The notes below the pieces were generated by a model. That model worked only from the letters and a program-made list of their open reading frames with translations, made no database searches and was not told where the DNA came from. This document shows, piece after piece, positions 46,106-55,223 of a stretch of 64,000 bases of DNA. The translations under genes and the position numbers were made by a program. How positions within the stretch are numbered: the stretch's first letter is position 1; every line of letters starts with the position of its first letter. The DNA comes from Christensenella sp. UBA3217 (GTDB lineage Bacteria > Bacillota > Clostridia > Christensenellales > CAG-1252): NCBI GenBank assembly GCA_002363545.1, contig DEWF01000001.1, positions 106,880 through 170,879 of the forward strand, given 5' to 3'.

Positions 46106-47004
46106 GAAAGTTTAAGGATATCAAGTATTTACCTCTTCGCCCCAAGGGCAGCACCTTTGACAAGCGCGTCACCATGATGGACTGGTTCCTCTTTGCGTTC
46201 ATGCTTGTTTACGGGCTTATCATCATTTATCCCTTCTACAATGCGTTTTTGATCTCCATTTCACCCAACAACGTGTTTAACGAGTTTTTGCTTTACCCCA
46301 AACACGTCACTTGGCATAACTATAACATCGTTTTCCACAAAGCAACCTTGTGGGGCGGCTTGCGCGTGACCCTCGTGCTTCTTTTTGTGGGCACGGCATA
46401 TCAGTTGTTCTTCACCGTTATTACGGGCTATGCTCTGTCGCGTAATAAATGGCTTGGGAAGAACTTTGTGATGAACATGATCCTCGTTACCATGTTCTTT
46501 GGCGGTGGTCTTATCCCGTATATGCAACTTATCAGCAAACTAGGATTGTATGATAACTTCCTCGTTATGATCATTCCCGGTGCGATCGATACCTACAACA
46601 TGCTTTTGATGCGCAACTATTTTGCTTCTTTGCCGCCCGATTTGGAAGAGTCGGCAAAGATCGATGGCGCAAACGACGTGCAGATCTTCTTTAAGGTGTA
46701 TTTACCCATGTCCTTGCCCATGCTTGCCACCATCGGCTTGTTCTTTGCAGTGGGTAACTGGAATAGTTGGTATAACGCCATGCTGTTTATCAAGAAGGAA
46801 GAGTATTACCCCTTGCAATACGTTTTGCAACAGTTGATACAGGAAACCGCGTCCAACGTGGACGGTATGGCGCAAAAAGACGCCGTTTCGGAAGGCTTTA
46901 AGATGGCGAGCGTGTTCTTCACCATCGTGCCAATGATGTGTTTTTACCCATTCTTACAAAGGTTCTTCGTAAAAGGCTTGGTAGTGGGTGCTATAAAAGG
47001 ATAA
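46102..47004 (+). CDS. ABC sugar transporter permease (LplC/MalG-like)
   Basis: 300 aa with the EAA-loop ESAKIDGANDVQIFFKVYLP and an ATGA overlap with the upstream permease gene. Confidence 0.85.
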   Translation: MRKFKDIKYLPLRPKGSTFDKRVTMMDWFLFAFMLVYGLIIIYPFYNAFLISISPNNVFNEFLLYPKHVTWHNYNIVFHKATLWGGLRVTLVLLFVGTAYQLFFTVITGYALSRNKWLGKNFVMNMILVTMFFGGGLIPYMQLISKLGLYDNFLVMIIPGAIDTYNMLLMRNYFASLPPDLEESAKIDGANDVQIFFKVYLPMSLPMLATIGLFFAVGNWNSWYNAMLFIKKEEYYPLQYVLQQLIQETASNVDGMAQKDAVSEGFKMASVFFTIVPMMCFYPFLQRFFVKGLVVGAIKG

Positions 47005-47017
47005 AAGGGAGGATATT

Positions 47018-48640
47018 ATGAAAAGAATCATCATCGCTATTTTGGTGCTTTCTCTTGCTTTCGGTTGTGTGATCGGCCTTGTTGGCTGCGGCGGCAGCGA
47101 GCAGGACGAGGGCGTCATTACGATCAGAAACGTTTACTTTGGAGAATGGAGCGCGGAGCAGGGCGACCCCTATACCGAGTACATTCAAACCAAGTTCGGC
47201 ATCAAGCTCAAAACCTCTAACTATAACTATGTCAACTGGGATACCCAAGTAAACGGTGAAGTGATGGGTGGACGTTTACCCGATGTGTTCCAGGCAAACG
47301 TCACGAGTTATAACTTTGATAACCTTTATAACTATTGGGCAGAAGGTGAGATCATCAAACCCCTTCCTTCCGATCTTTCTCCGTGGCCTTACCTGAAAAA
47401 GATGATCGAAAGCGTGAAGGATATCGATCTCTTGAAGTACAAGGGCAAACTGTACGGCATTCCCGTTATGAGGAATATCAGCACCACGGGACAAGTTTCC
47501 TTTGCTCCTTTTACTTATATCTATCGCCGTGACGTGGCAAAGCTTGCTGGCGTGTACCAGCCGAACGACGAATATACCTGGGAACAGTTTGAAGCTCTTC
47601 TTGAAGCCTTTACCTCTTATTTTAATACGGATAACGAGAGCATCGTGCTCGGAGACTCCGAATGGGGCTATCCTTCCGTTATCAATTTCTATAAGACCGC
47701 GCCGCACTGCTTTACCGAGAATGCGGACGGAAACATCGTGAACAACTATAATACCTCCGAGTATTTGGCAGGTTTGGCTAAGGCAAAAGAATTTGTAAAC
47801 AAAGGGTATTACAGTGACGTGCAAGCGGACGTTTCCGAAAAGCAGAACATGATCAAAGCCTATTATACCCAAAAGAAAGCTGGTATCCTTTACGAAAACC
47901 TTTCTTTTGAAAACTATCAAGAGATCAGAAATACCTTGATGAAGGACGGAAAGGTGTCCGAGGCGGATATCGACGATTATACCGCTATTATGAAGATCAA
48001 AGGTGAGGATGGGAAATACGCGCTGGAAGGACAAGAGCAATGGTTCTCCATGACTTTCCTGAACTACGATATCTCCACCGCAAAGATGAATAAGATCCTT
48101 GACATCATGGATTGGTTGCTTTCCGAAGAAGGCACGATGATGGCTCTTTACGGCATGGAGGATGTGGATTACGAGATCGTCACCGGCAACAACTTCGACA
48201 GCGAGTACAAAGGCACCAAGGTAAAGCTTCTTCCGACCAACCTTTGGGAAAAGGTGAAAGGCGAATACAAGGATGCTCTTAACGGCGCCAAATCTTTGAG
48301 AAAAATGCTCACGCTCGGAAATGATATTGCTGCCATTGATCCTGCCATTCAAAAGAACGCGAAAAAACAGCATTCTTATCTAATTTTGAGCGATTGGACT
48401 GCCGAGATGCAACAGGCTTACGAAGATGGTCTGTTAAGAGTTCTCACCGAGCCTGCGGACGTTAAATGGATGCAAACCAAGGAAAAATTGGCAAATGCCG
48501 GTAAATTGCTTGACGGAGCGAACACCGCGGTACTTTTGTACACGTTTGGCAAGAAGAATATGAGCTCTTACAATAGCGATATGACGAGCAGCACTTGGAA
48601 CAAAGTGTTGAATGAGATAAACAGGAATCGTAATAAATAA
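47018..48640 (+). CDS. Extracellular solute-binding lipoprotein (large LplA-type, family 1)
   Basis: 540 aa with the SD AAGGGAGG and the lipobox LVGC/GGSEQ. Its size and position after the two permeases fit an LplA-type binding protein. Confidence 0.8.
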   Translation: MKRIIIAILVLSLAFGCVIGLVGCGGSEQDEGVITIRNVYFGEWSAEQGDPYTEYIQTKFGIKLKTSNYNYVNWDTQVNGEVMGGRLPDVFQANVTSYNFDNLYNYWAEGEIIKPLPSDLSPWPYLKKMIESVKDIDLLKYKGKLYGIPVMRNISTTGQVSFAPFTYIYRRDVAKLAGVYQPNDEYTWEQFEALLEAFTSYFNTDNESIVLGDSEWGYPSVINFYKTAPHCFTENADGNIVNNYNTSEYLAGLAKAKEFVNKGYYSDVQADVSEKQNMIKAYYTQKKAGILYENLSFENYQEIRNTLMKDGKVSEADIDDYTAIMKIKGEDGKYALEGQEQWFSMTFLNYDISTAKMNKILDIMDWLLSEEGTMMALYGMEDVDYEIVTGNNFDSEYKGTKVKLLPTNLWEKVKGEYKDALNGAKSLRKMLTLGNDIAAIDPAIQKNAKKQHSYLILSDWTAEMQQAYEDGLLRVLTEPADVKWMQTKEKLANAGKLLDGANTAVLLYTFGKKNMSSYNSDMTSSTWNKVLNEINRNRNK

Positions 48641-48643
48641 AAT

Positions 48644-50155
48644 ATGAAAAAAGTATTGGCGATCTTGCTTTTAGTCCTTCTGATAGGCACCGTTACGGTG
48701 GGTTGTTCGGAAGAAAGCAAGTCGGACGGCGTAATCAAATTCGGGTCCGACAACATTGTTTCCGCTTCCTTTGACGGACTCGGTGTGGAATGGGGGACTT
48801 ATGAGGATACCAACAAGATGGTCAAAGGGTCTTGGGATAGGGTTCTTTCCGCGGTGGATAAACTCAACCCCAGCCTCGTGCGCTGCATGACGAACCTCGA
48901 TTGGTTCGTTACGGACTTTGACGATAAGGGCACGGATGATCCCGAAGACGATACTTGGGGGTATAACTTCAATAATAAACAAATGGTAAATGCGAGCGAC
49001 GTGTTGGATTACTGTCAGTCGCATGGTATCAAGGTGGCATTCGGTGTTTGGAACGTGATAGGAAACGTTGATCCTGATAAGGACATCTATAAGATGATCC
49101 CCAACGCTTCCGCCGATCCGCGTTGGGCAAAGATGGTGGCTGACCTTATGGAGTATCTGCTCGTAAGCAAGGGCTATTCCTGCATTTGTTGGTTTGTAAA
49201 CACCAACGAACCCAACGTGACGGGTCTTGTCGGAACTTCCAAAAACGCCTATAACACCGTTGATACTTGGATCACCGGGGTGAAAACCGTGCGCAGTGCC
49301 CTTGACAAGATCGGTCTGAATGATCTTGCCATCGTTGGCGGTGATACTACCACGTTGGAAGGTTCTCGTATCTATTTGAGAAAAGCCGCGAGCGAGATAT
49401 CGGGCATCTTGAATAACTACGGCGTGCACCTTTATGCGAATAACGGTGATATCGAGAGCGCAAGATACGAATCACGCGTGCGCGCGCTTTATAATGATAT
49501 CAAAAAGAAAGACGGCGAGCTGGGCAACAGCAAAAACATGTACATTTGGGAAGCAGGGCTTCTTTCGGGTAAAAACTCGTTAACCGACTGTAACGAATTC
49601 ATTATGAATTACAGCTACGGTCTTCGTATGGCGGATTACACAATTCAGAGCCTGAATGCAGGTATTAACGGCATCGTTTATTGGGACTTGGATGACGCCA
49701 TGCACTTTATGTACCATGAAACGGGTACGAATGCCAAAGAGTGGGGCATGTTCTCCACCCTTGCCACGGCGGAGCTTTCTAAACAAGAATACCGTCCCTG
49801 GTATCATTCTTCCGTGCTTTTGACCAATCTGCTTCGTCCCGGAAACGTTGTGTACGGTGCGAAAAATGCAGCTGAAGGTGTTCGTACTATTGCCACTGTG
49901 AACCAAGACAGAACGCAGGGCGGTATCGTTTTGGTAAACAACTCCAAAAAGAAAGTATCGCAGACCGTGGTGCTGGATGAAGCGATCAACGCAAGCGGAA
50001 AATTGTATATTTACGTTTATGATGAGGATTCTTTGAAAGTCGGGTCGGATGGCTTTGTGGTTCCCAATTACGTGGTGGACGGCAGCTTGAATAAAAAGAT
50101 GACCTTGGATGTGCCTGCTTATGCAATGGTGGTTGTATCCACAGAGAGGATTTAG
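48644..50155 (+). CDS. Lipoprotein, putative clan GH-A (beta/alpha)8 glycoside hydrolase with a C-terminal beta-sandwich; family unresolved
   Basis: 503 aa with the lipobox VTVGC/SEES. The candidate acid/base is in WFVNTNEPN (Glu189, nt 49208-49210) and the candidate nucleophile in MYIWEAG (Glu303). The 114-residue spacing is typical for clan A. Confidence 0.55.
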   Translation: MKKVLAILLLVLLIGTVTVGCSEESKSDGVIKFGSDNIVSASFDGLGVEWGTYEDTNKMVKGSWDRVLSAVDKLNPSLVRCMTNLDWFVTDFDDKGTDDPEDDTWGYNFNNKQMVNASDVLDYCQSHGIKVAFGVWNVIGNVDPDKDIYKMIPNASADPRWAKMVADLMEYLLVSKGYSCICWFVNTNEPNVTGLVGTSKNAYNTVDTWITGVKTVRSALDKIGLNDLAIVGGDTTTLEGSRIYLRKAASEISGILNNYGVHLYANNGDIESARYESRVRALYNDIKKKDGELGNSKNMYIWEAGLLSGKNSLTDCNEFIMNYSYGLRMADYTIQSLNAGINGIVYWDLDDAMHFMYHETGTNAKEWGMFSTLATAELSKQEYRPWYHSSVLLTNLLRPGNVVYGAKNAAEGVRTIATVNQDRTQGGIVLVNNSKKKVSQTVVLDEAINASGKLYIYVYDEDSLKVGSDGFVVPNYVVDGSLNKKMTLDVPAYAMVVVSTERI

Positions 50156-50158
50156 CTT

Positions 50159-52846
50159 ATGAAGAAAGTATTGTTATGCATGATCATCCTCTGTTCGATC
50201 GTACTAATTGCGGTAGGCTGCACTTCGGAGGAAACTCCCAAAACCTATGAATCCAACAGCTTTACTCTTACCCAACCAAGGGGGGATATCGGGGCTTTCC
50301 ATGCGGAAACTCCCGTGAATCATTTGATCACCACGACGATCCCCACTTTCTCTTGGACGGAAGCGGAAAACGCAGCGAGTTATACCTTGGAGATCGCGTC
50401 ATTGGAGAGTTCTTTGCTTACGGATGACGAGGCAACCAAGTACGCCGATACTTTATATATCTGTCAAAAGGGCATCACGTCCACCACTTACACCGTTCAG
50501 GCGGATCTGAAAAAGAATCAAACTTACTATTGGCGTGTGGTTGCCGTCAACAAAGACGACATACGCGAAAGCGATAGCCATATCCTTTCTTTCTATTACG
50601 AAGCAACGCTTTATGAAGAGATCCCGCTTTCGGTGGGATATGCCGATGAATGGAAGGTTCACGAGGTTGGCTCCAAAGCCACGGTTGCTCTTTCCAAAAA
50701 CGATTTCTTCGGAACAGGGGAGCAATCTTTGACTGTTTCTTTCGATAGGGAAGATACCCAGCGCGGTCCCGCCTATACCGAGTCCAACGGATGGGTGGTT
50801 GTCACTCGCAGTTTGGAACAAGAATTCTTTGGCGTGGACGCCTTCTATTTTAATTTCTATTATTCAGGCAATGACGCCGCGGCGTATTTCCGTTTGATAG
50901 ACGAGGATAACGAGTATTGGTATGCGCCCATCAAACTTGCCACAAACGCCAAGCAGACCATCATTATCAAATTCGAAGAATTTATCCTTCGTACCAAAGG
51001 TACGCCCGTGATGAATGAAAAATTTGATACGAATTATTTAAAGAGCGTGGAACTTGTGTTTGAGCACGTGGATGGTGACGGTATTGCGTATTTCAGCGAT
51101 TTGAGGGCGATCCGTTTTGATAATTATGCGGATATGTTCGTGGATCAGTTGAACTTTAACGAGCTTGCTTCCGAGTTAAAAACGGATAGCACGTACTTTA
51201 ACTTTACGGCAGATCCCGCAGAGAATGGGGATTCTCTTACCGTTTCTCTTACTACCAACAGCGGTATTCCGAGCGATCAACAGGGCTACGGCTTTGTGGT
51301 GATCCCCATTGGTAAAATGCTGTATATGGGAGATGCCTTCTATTTTGAACTTGATCTTTCCGGCATAAAAACCACCGATTATAACTTTATCATCCGTTTG
51401 GTGGAAGAGGATAACGACGTGTGGCAGTTCAAGATATCTGCCGCCAATGTGCCTGAGAACAAAAAGATGCTTATTCCTTTTGCGGCGTTTACCCTTGCGG
51501 AAGGCGGATTTAAGGGAGATGGCATCAAGCAGTTCTACTATATCAGACAGATCCTCTTTGGCGTGAACAGCTTGTATCAAGGCGGCTCCTTTGTTGTGAG
51601 CGACTTTATGCCCGTTATGCTCAAAGATTCTTTGGATGAGGAACTAATGTCCGCCGCGCTCAAAGACTCCTTGGGTGAGGAGTTGCACTCTACGGTCGTT
51701 GGAGAAGACGGCATGATCGATAACTTTGAGTCTTACGACTTGTTTTATCAAACCTATTATAGGTGGGCAACTTCCACGGCCAATAAGGATGAGGCGATCG
51801 AACTGTATTTTGACGCCGCTTTGGGTGGTAACAACACCGCTGCACGTTTTGGTTATAAGACAGACCTTCCCGAGGCTAATTATTCTACCAAACTTGCAAA
51901 AGAAGTGAGCGATTTTACCGCCATATCCATCTGTGCAAAAGATTCTTCTATCTTAAAAGCAGATGCTACCATGATCATTTATTTGGAAGATAAGCGCGGG
52001 AACTTGTATTCTTACACAATAGAAAAACTTGCGGACGAATGGAAAAAGTACACCGTTCCTTTCAGTGAGTTCTCCCTTACGGAAAACTCTTCGGGCTTTA
52101 CGAATATCACTTGCGATAGGATCACGGCGGTTTCCATTGCCTTCCAGTACTTCTATCAAAGAACGAGCATCTTTGATTTTTCCGATCCGGCGCAGTATAA
52201 TTCCGGCAACTTTGTATGCGTGGATAACATTTGCTTCACAGCCGATACCCAGCGCAAAACAGAGGACGCTTCTTTCAAGATCAAACCCACGGTCGGTAAT
52301 TCCAAGATCGCTGTGATTAACAACTTTGACGAGGATAGGGTGGAAACCTTAACTTGGAGCAGTGAAACCAACGCATCCTATGCGGTTCTTGACCTTTCCG
52401 ATGATACCGCTTCGGGAGAGGGAAAAAGCCTTAAAATGCCTTATAAATGCAATATGGAAACGCTTTATTCCGAGTATATTGCCGTGGATTCATCCGTTAA
52501 CGCAAAGGGGCTTACCCTTTTAATGAAAGGCGATTCGTATAGTTCCGATGCAACTTTGGTCTTTTACTTGAAGTACAACAACAAAGATTACAAGTATCAG
52601 GCTACCATCAGCGACATTTCTTCGGCGTGGACGACCTACTCGATAGGCTTTGATCAATTCGTGCAAACGCAGGGGGATACCAAGGCAATGACTTCCGATC
52701 TCGTGAAGTATATGTCCAAGGTGGTTTTGAACTTCAAAAACTATTCCGCTGCCGATTACTATATAAGCGAGATCCTCTTGGATGAGATCACGCTGGACGG
52801 AAACATAACGCTCGATACCAACACAAAGACCCCGTATGCGGGATAA
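50159..52846 (+). CDS. Surface lipoprotein with an Fn3-like N-terminal domain and four CBM-like (CIA30/CBM11-like) modules
   Basis: 895 aa with the lipobox LIAVGC/TSEE. The Fn3-like segment is IPTFSWTEAENAASYTLEIA...YYWRVVAVN. Four modules of about 170 aa end in ...LRAIRFDNY, ...SFVVSDF, ...FVCVDNICFT and ...ILLDEITLD. Confidence 0.7.
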   Translation: MKKVLLCMIILCSIVLIAVGCTSEETPKTYESNSFTLTQPRGDIGAFHAETPVNHLITTTIPTFSWTEAENAASYTLEIASLESSLLTDDEATKYADTLYICQKGITSTTYTVQADLKKNQTYYWRVVAVNKDDIRESDSHILSFYYEATLYEEIPLSVGYADEWKVHEVGSKATVALSKNDFFGTGEQSLTVSFDREDTQRGPAYTESNGWVVVTRSLEQEFFGVDAFYFNFYYSGNDAAAYFRLIDEDNEYWYAPIKLATNAKQTIIIKFEEFILRTKGTPVMNEKFDTNYLKSVELVFEHVDGDGIAYFSDLRAIRFDNYADMFVDQLNFNELASELKTDSTYFNFTADPAENGDSLTVSLTTNSGIPSDQQGYGFVVIPIGKMLYMGDAFYFELDLSGIKTTDYNFIIRLVEEDNDVWQFKISAANVPENKKMLIPFAAFTLAEGGFKGDGIKQFYYIRQILFGVNSLYQGGSFVVSDFMPVMLKDSLDEELMSAALKDSLGEELHSTVVGEDGMIDNFESYDLFYQTYYRWATSTANKDEAIELYFDAALGGNNTAARFGYKTDLPEANYSTKLAKEVSDFTAISICAKDSSILKADATMIIYLEDKRGNLYSYTIEKLADEWKKYTVPFSEFSLTENSSGFTNITCDRITAVSIAFQYFYQRTSIFDFSDPAQYNSGNFVCVDNICFTADTQRKTEDASFKIKPTVGNSKIAVINNFDEDRVETLTWSSETNASYAVLDLSDDTASGEGKSLKMPYKCNMETLYSEYIAVDSSVNAKGLTLLMKGDSYSSDATLVFYLKYNNKDYKYQATISDISSAWTTYSIGFDQFVQTQGDTKAMTSDLVKYMSKVVLNFKNYSAADYYISEILLDEITLDGNITLDTNTKTPYAG

Positions 52847-52869
52847 AAATAACAAAAAGGTGGACTGAA

Positions 52870-53883
52870 ATGAAACTCAACAAATATGATAAAAACCCTA
52901 TATTGACTGCAAAAGGTGACTCATGGGAGGGGCTTTGCGTACTGAATCCCGCCGTGATCTACGATGAGGACAGCAAGGAATTTAAGATGCTTTATCGCGC
53001 CGCGGGCAACGATCCCACGCACTATATTTACCTTGGCCTTGCCACTAGTAAAGATGGCTATCACTTTGACCGTGCGTCAGATAAGCCCGTGCTGGCACCC
53101 GATGTGAACGGTCCGGACGGTGGTTGCGTGGAAGATCCTCGCCTTGTGAAAATGGGAGAGTATTATTATTTGACCTACGCTTCCCGTACCTTTGCGCCCG
53201 GGCAGTATTGGAGAGAGGACTGCGGTTATTACGGCTTTCAACCCGAGGCGGGTCCCACCATGCTGATCACGAACGGCAGTGTGACGCATCTTGCCATCAG
53301 CAAAGATTTGCAGAATTGGAAAAAACTCGGCAGGATCACGGACAGCCGCTTGGATGATCGTGACGTGTATATCTTCCCCGAGAAGGTGGAAGGCAAGTTC
53401 GTGCGTTTATCTCGCCCGATGGAGTGGTGTGGGGAAGGGTTTGAAAATGAGAACCCCGCCATTTGGATCGCTTTTTCGGATGACTTGTTGGAATGGGGAA
53501 AGCCTACACTTTTGATGAAAGGGAATGAATGGTGGGAAGATGCCAAGATCGGTGGATCTACTCCTCCCGTAAAATGCAAGTACGGTTGGCTTTTGCTTTA
53601 TCACGGTGTGGCAAAGAAGGATGGCGGATATCGTGTTGGTGCGGTGATTTTGGATGAAAAGGATCCTACCAAGATCCTTGCTCGTACCAAAGATTTTATC
53701 ATGGAACCCGAGTTTTCTTTTGAAACGGACGGCTATTATAACGGCTGCGTGTTCCCGACGGGGATCGTGGTGAAAGATGATTTGATGTACGTCTATTACG
53801 GCGCCGCGGATAAGTTCGTTTGCGTAGCTACCGCACCGTTTGAGGCGTTTTGCGATCAAGTTTACAAAGAGGGGAAACTATGA
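52870..53883 (+). CDS. GH130 family enzyme (second, divergent paralog; PH1107/DUF377-like subgroup)
   Basis: 337 aa with the motifs NKYDKNPILTAKGDSWEGLCVLNPAVIY, GCVEDPRLVKMGEYYYLTYA and DDRDVYIFPEKVEGKFVRLSRP. Confidence 0.85.
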   Translation: MKLNKYDKNPILTAKGDSWEGLCVLNPAVIYDEDSKEFKMLYRAAGNDPTHYIYLGLATSKDGYHFDRASDKPVLAPDVNGPDGGCVEDPRLVKMGEYYYLTYASRTFAPGQYWREDCGYYGFQPEAGPTMLITNGSVTHLAISKDLQNWKKLGRITDSRLDDRDVYIFPEKVEGKFVRLSRPMEWCGEGFENENPAIWIAFSDDLLEWGKPTLLMKGNEWWEDAKIGGSTPPVKCKYGWLLLYHGVAKKDGGYRVGAVILDEKDPTKILARTKDFIMEPEFSFETDGYYNGCVFPTGIVVKDDLMYVYYGAADKFVCVATAPFEAFCDQVYKEGKL

Positions 53884-55223
53884 AAAAAATAAGCATAGCA
53901 CTCATCTCGATCATTTGCATGATTTGTACGATAGCACTCTCCGCTTGTTCTTCCGAGAAAGCGAAAAAGTATTCTTATTCTCCGTTGAATGCAAAAGTGC
54001 GTTATCTTACGAACATTGCAGGTGAGACCATCTCCCTTTCTTCGGGACGTGAGGTGATTTCGGAAAATACCGTCTTTATGACTGAGGAAGCCATGGAAGG
54101 GGATATTCTTACCGAGCCTACCGAGCATCCCACAAGAGTGGGATATGACTTTTGCGGATGGGCGCTGGATAAAGAGGGGGAACAACTGTTCGATTTTAGC
54201 ACCCCCATTACCGGCAGTTTGAATTTGTACGCAAAGTGGGAGCGCACGCAAGAGAGTGAAACGGTGCTGGATTATACCGAGCCCAGGTTGCAGTTTACCG
54301 AAGTGATAGACGAATCCTCCGAATTCTCTTTAACGGGCGTGTGCAATCAGCCCATCAAGGATGACGCAGTCGGGCTCACAACGGCAGGCATCAATCGTCT
54401 GACGGCAAAGGCGCAAAACGTTAAAGAGTATTTGAATTATACCCGCGCTTCTGCCACTGCAATTCAATCCGCAACGTATGAAAACGGTGTTGTCAGCGTG
54501 ACCTATACGACGGGAGGATCCAACACAACCATCCAAGTGACGGTAAACGATATCACGAGCACTTTGGCAATAACGGATGATCCCGCTACGCCCAAAGAAA
54601 GCATAGACGAAAGTACCTTTGAAAGAAAGGCGCTCAGATATGAAGCAACGGATATTGCTTCCTATAACGTGATCTTGGGCGGCTCATCCTCTATGGAGAA
54701 TTGGAGCAATTCCACCGAGTATATGAATCCCGTCACCACCAAAAACGTTGGTATCGGCGGTTCTGCGTCCTTCCATTGGCTCAACTCCCTTGCGGATCGC
54801 TTGATCATTCCTTACAATCCCAGGACCGTGGTGCTTTACGTGGGCATTAACGATATCATCAACTTCAAGAAAAACGGAAAGACCACAGGTGAGAATTTGA
54901 TCAAACTGTTTGAGTATTTACACGAGCGTTTGCCCGAAGCACACGTTCACTTCATTTTGATCAATCACGTGCCGGGCTATTATAAAACTTATAAGAGCTA
55001 TATTGATACCGCAAACAATATGGTGCTCGAATATGCCCAAACGCATGAATACTTAAAGACGATAGATGCGGGTACCGTTCTTGAAAAGAAAAACGGGGAG
55101 TATTCCGAAGCATACTTCTTGACCGATAAATTGCATATGTCGCAGGCAGGATACGTGCTTTGGGGCGCCGAAGTGAAAAAAGCGGTGATCGCGGATGATA
55201 AGGAGCGTTATGACAATGATTGA
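53880..55223 (+). CDS. Lipoprotein SGNH/GDSL esterase with an N-terminal Listeria-Bacteroides (Flg_new-type) repeat
   Basis: The track ORF starts at 53850. I prefer ATG 53880 (MKKISIALISIICMICTIALSAC/SSEK), which overlaps the GH130 stop as ATGA. The Flg_new-like segment is GYDFCGWALDKEGEQLFDFSTPITGSLNLYAKW. The SGNH blocks are ILGGSSSMENW, GIGGS and DKLHMSQAGY. Confidence 0.75.
   Translation: MKKISIALISIICMICTIALSACSSEKAKKYSYSPLNAKVRYLTNIAGETISLSSGREVISENTVFMTEEAMEGDILTEPTEHPTRVGYDFCGWALDKEGEQLFDFSTPITGSLNLYAKWERTQESETVLDYTEPRLQFTEVIDESSEFSLTGVCNQPIKDDAVGLTTAGINRLTAKAQNVKEYLNYTRASATAIQSATYENGVVSVTYTTGGSNTTIQVTVNDITSTLAITDDPATPKESIDESTFERKALRYEATDIASYNVILGGSSSMENWSNSTEYMNPVTTKNVGIGGSASFHWLNSLADRLIIPYNPRTVVLYVGINDIINFKKNGKTTGENLIKLFEYLHERLPEAHVHFILINHVPGYYKTYKSYIDTANNMVLEYAQTHEYLKTIDAGTVLEKKNGEYSEAYFLTDKLHMSQAGYVLWGAEVKKAVIADDKERYDND

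Noticed and set aside
51620-51685. An imperfect 27-nt duplication (LKDSLDEEL / LKDSLGEEL) inside the 895-aa lipoprotein gene.
   Set aside because: It is a small in-frame linker duplication between modules with no evidence of phase variation, since it is not a homopolymer or short-unit tract. I note it only within the finding on that gene.
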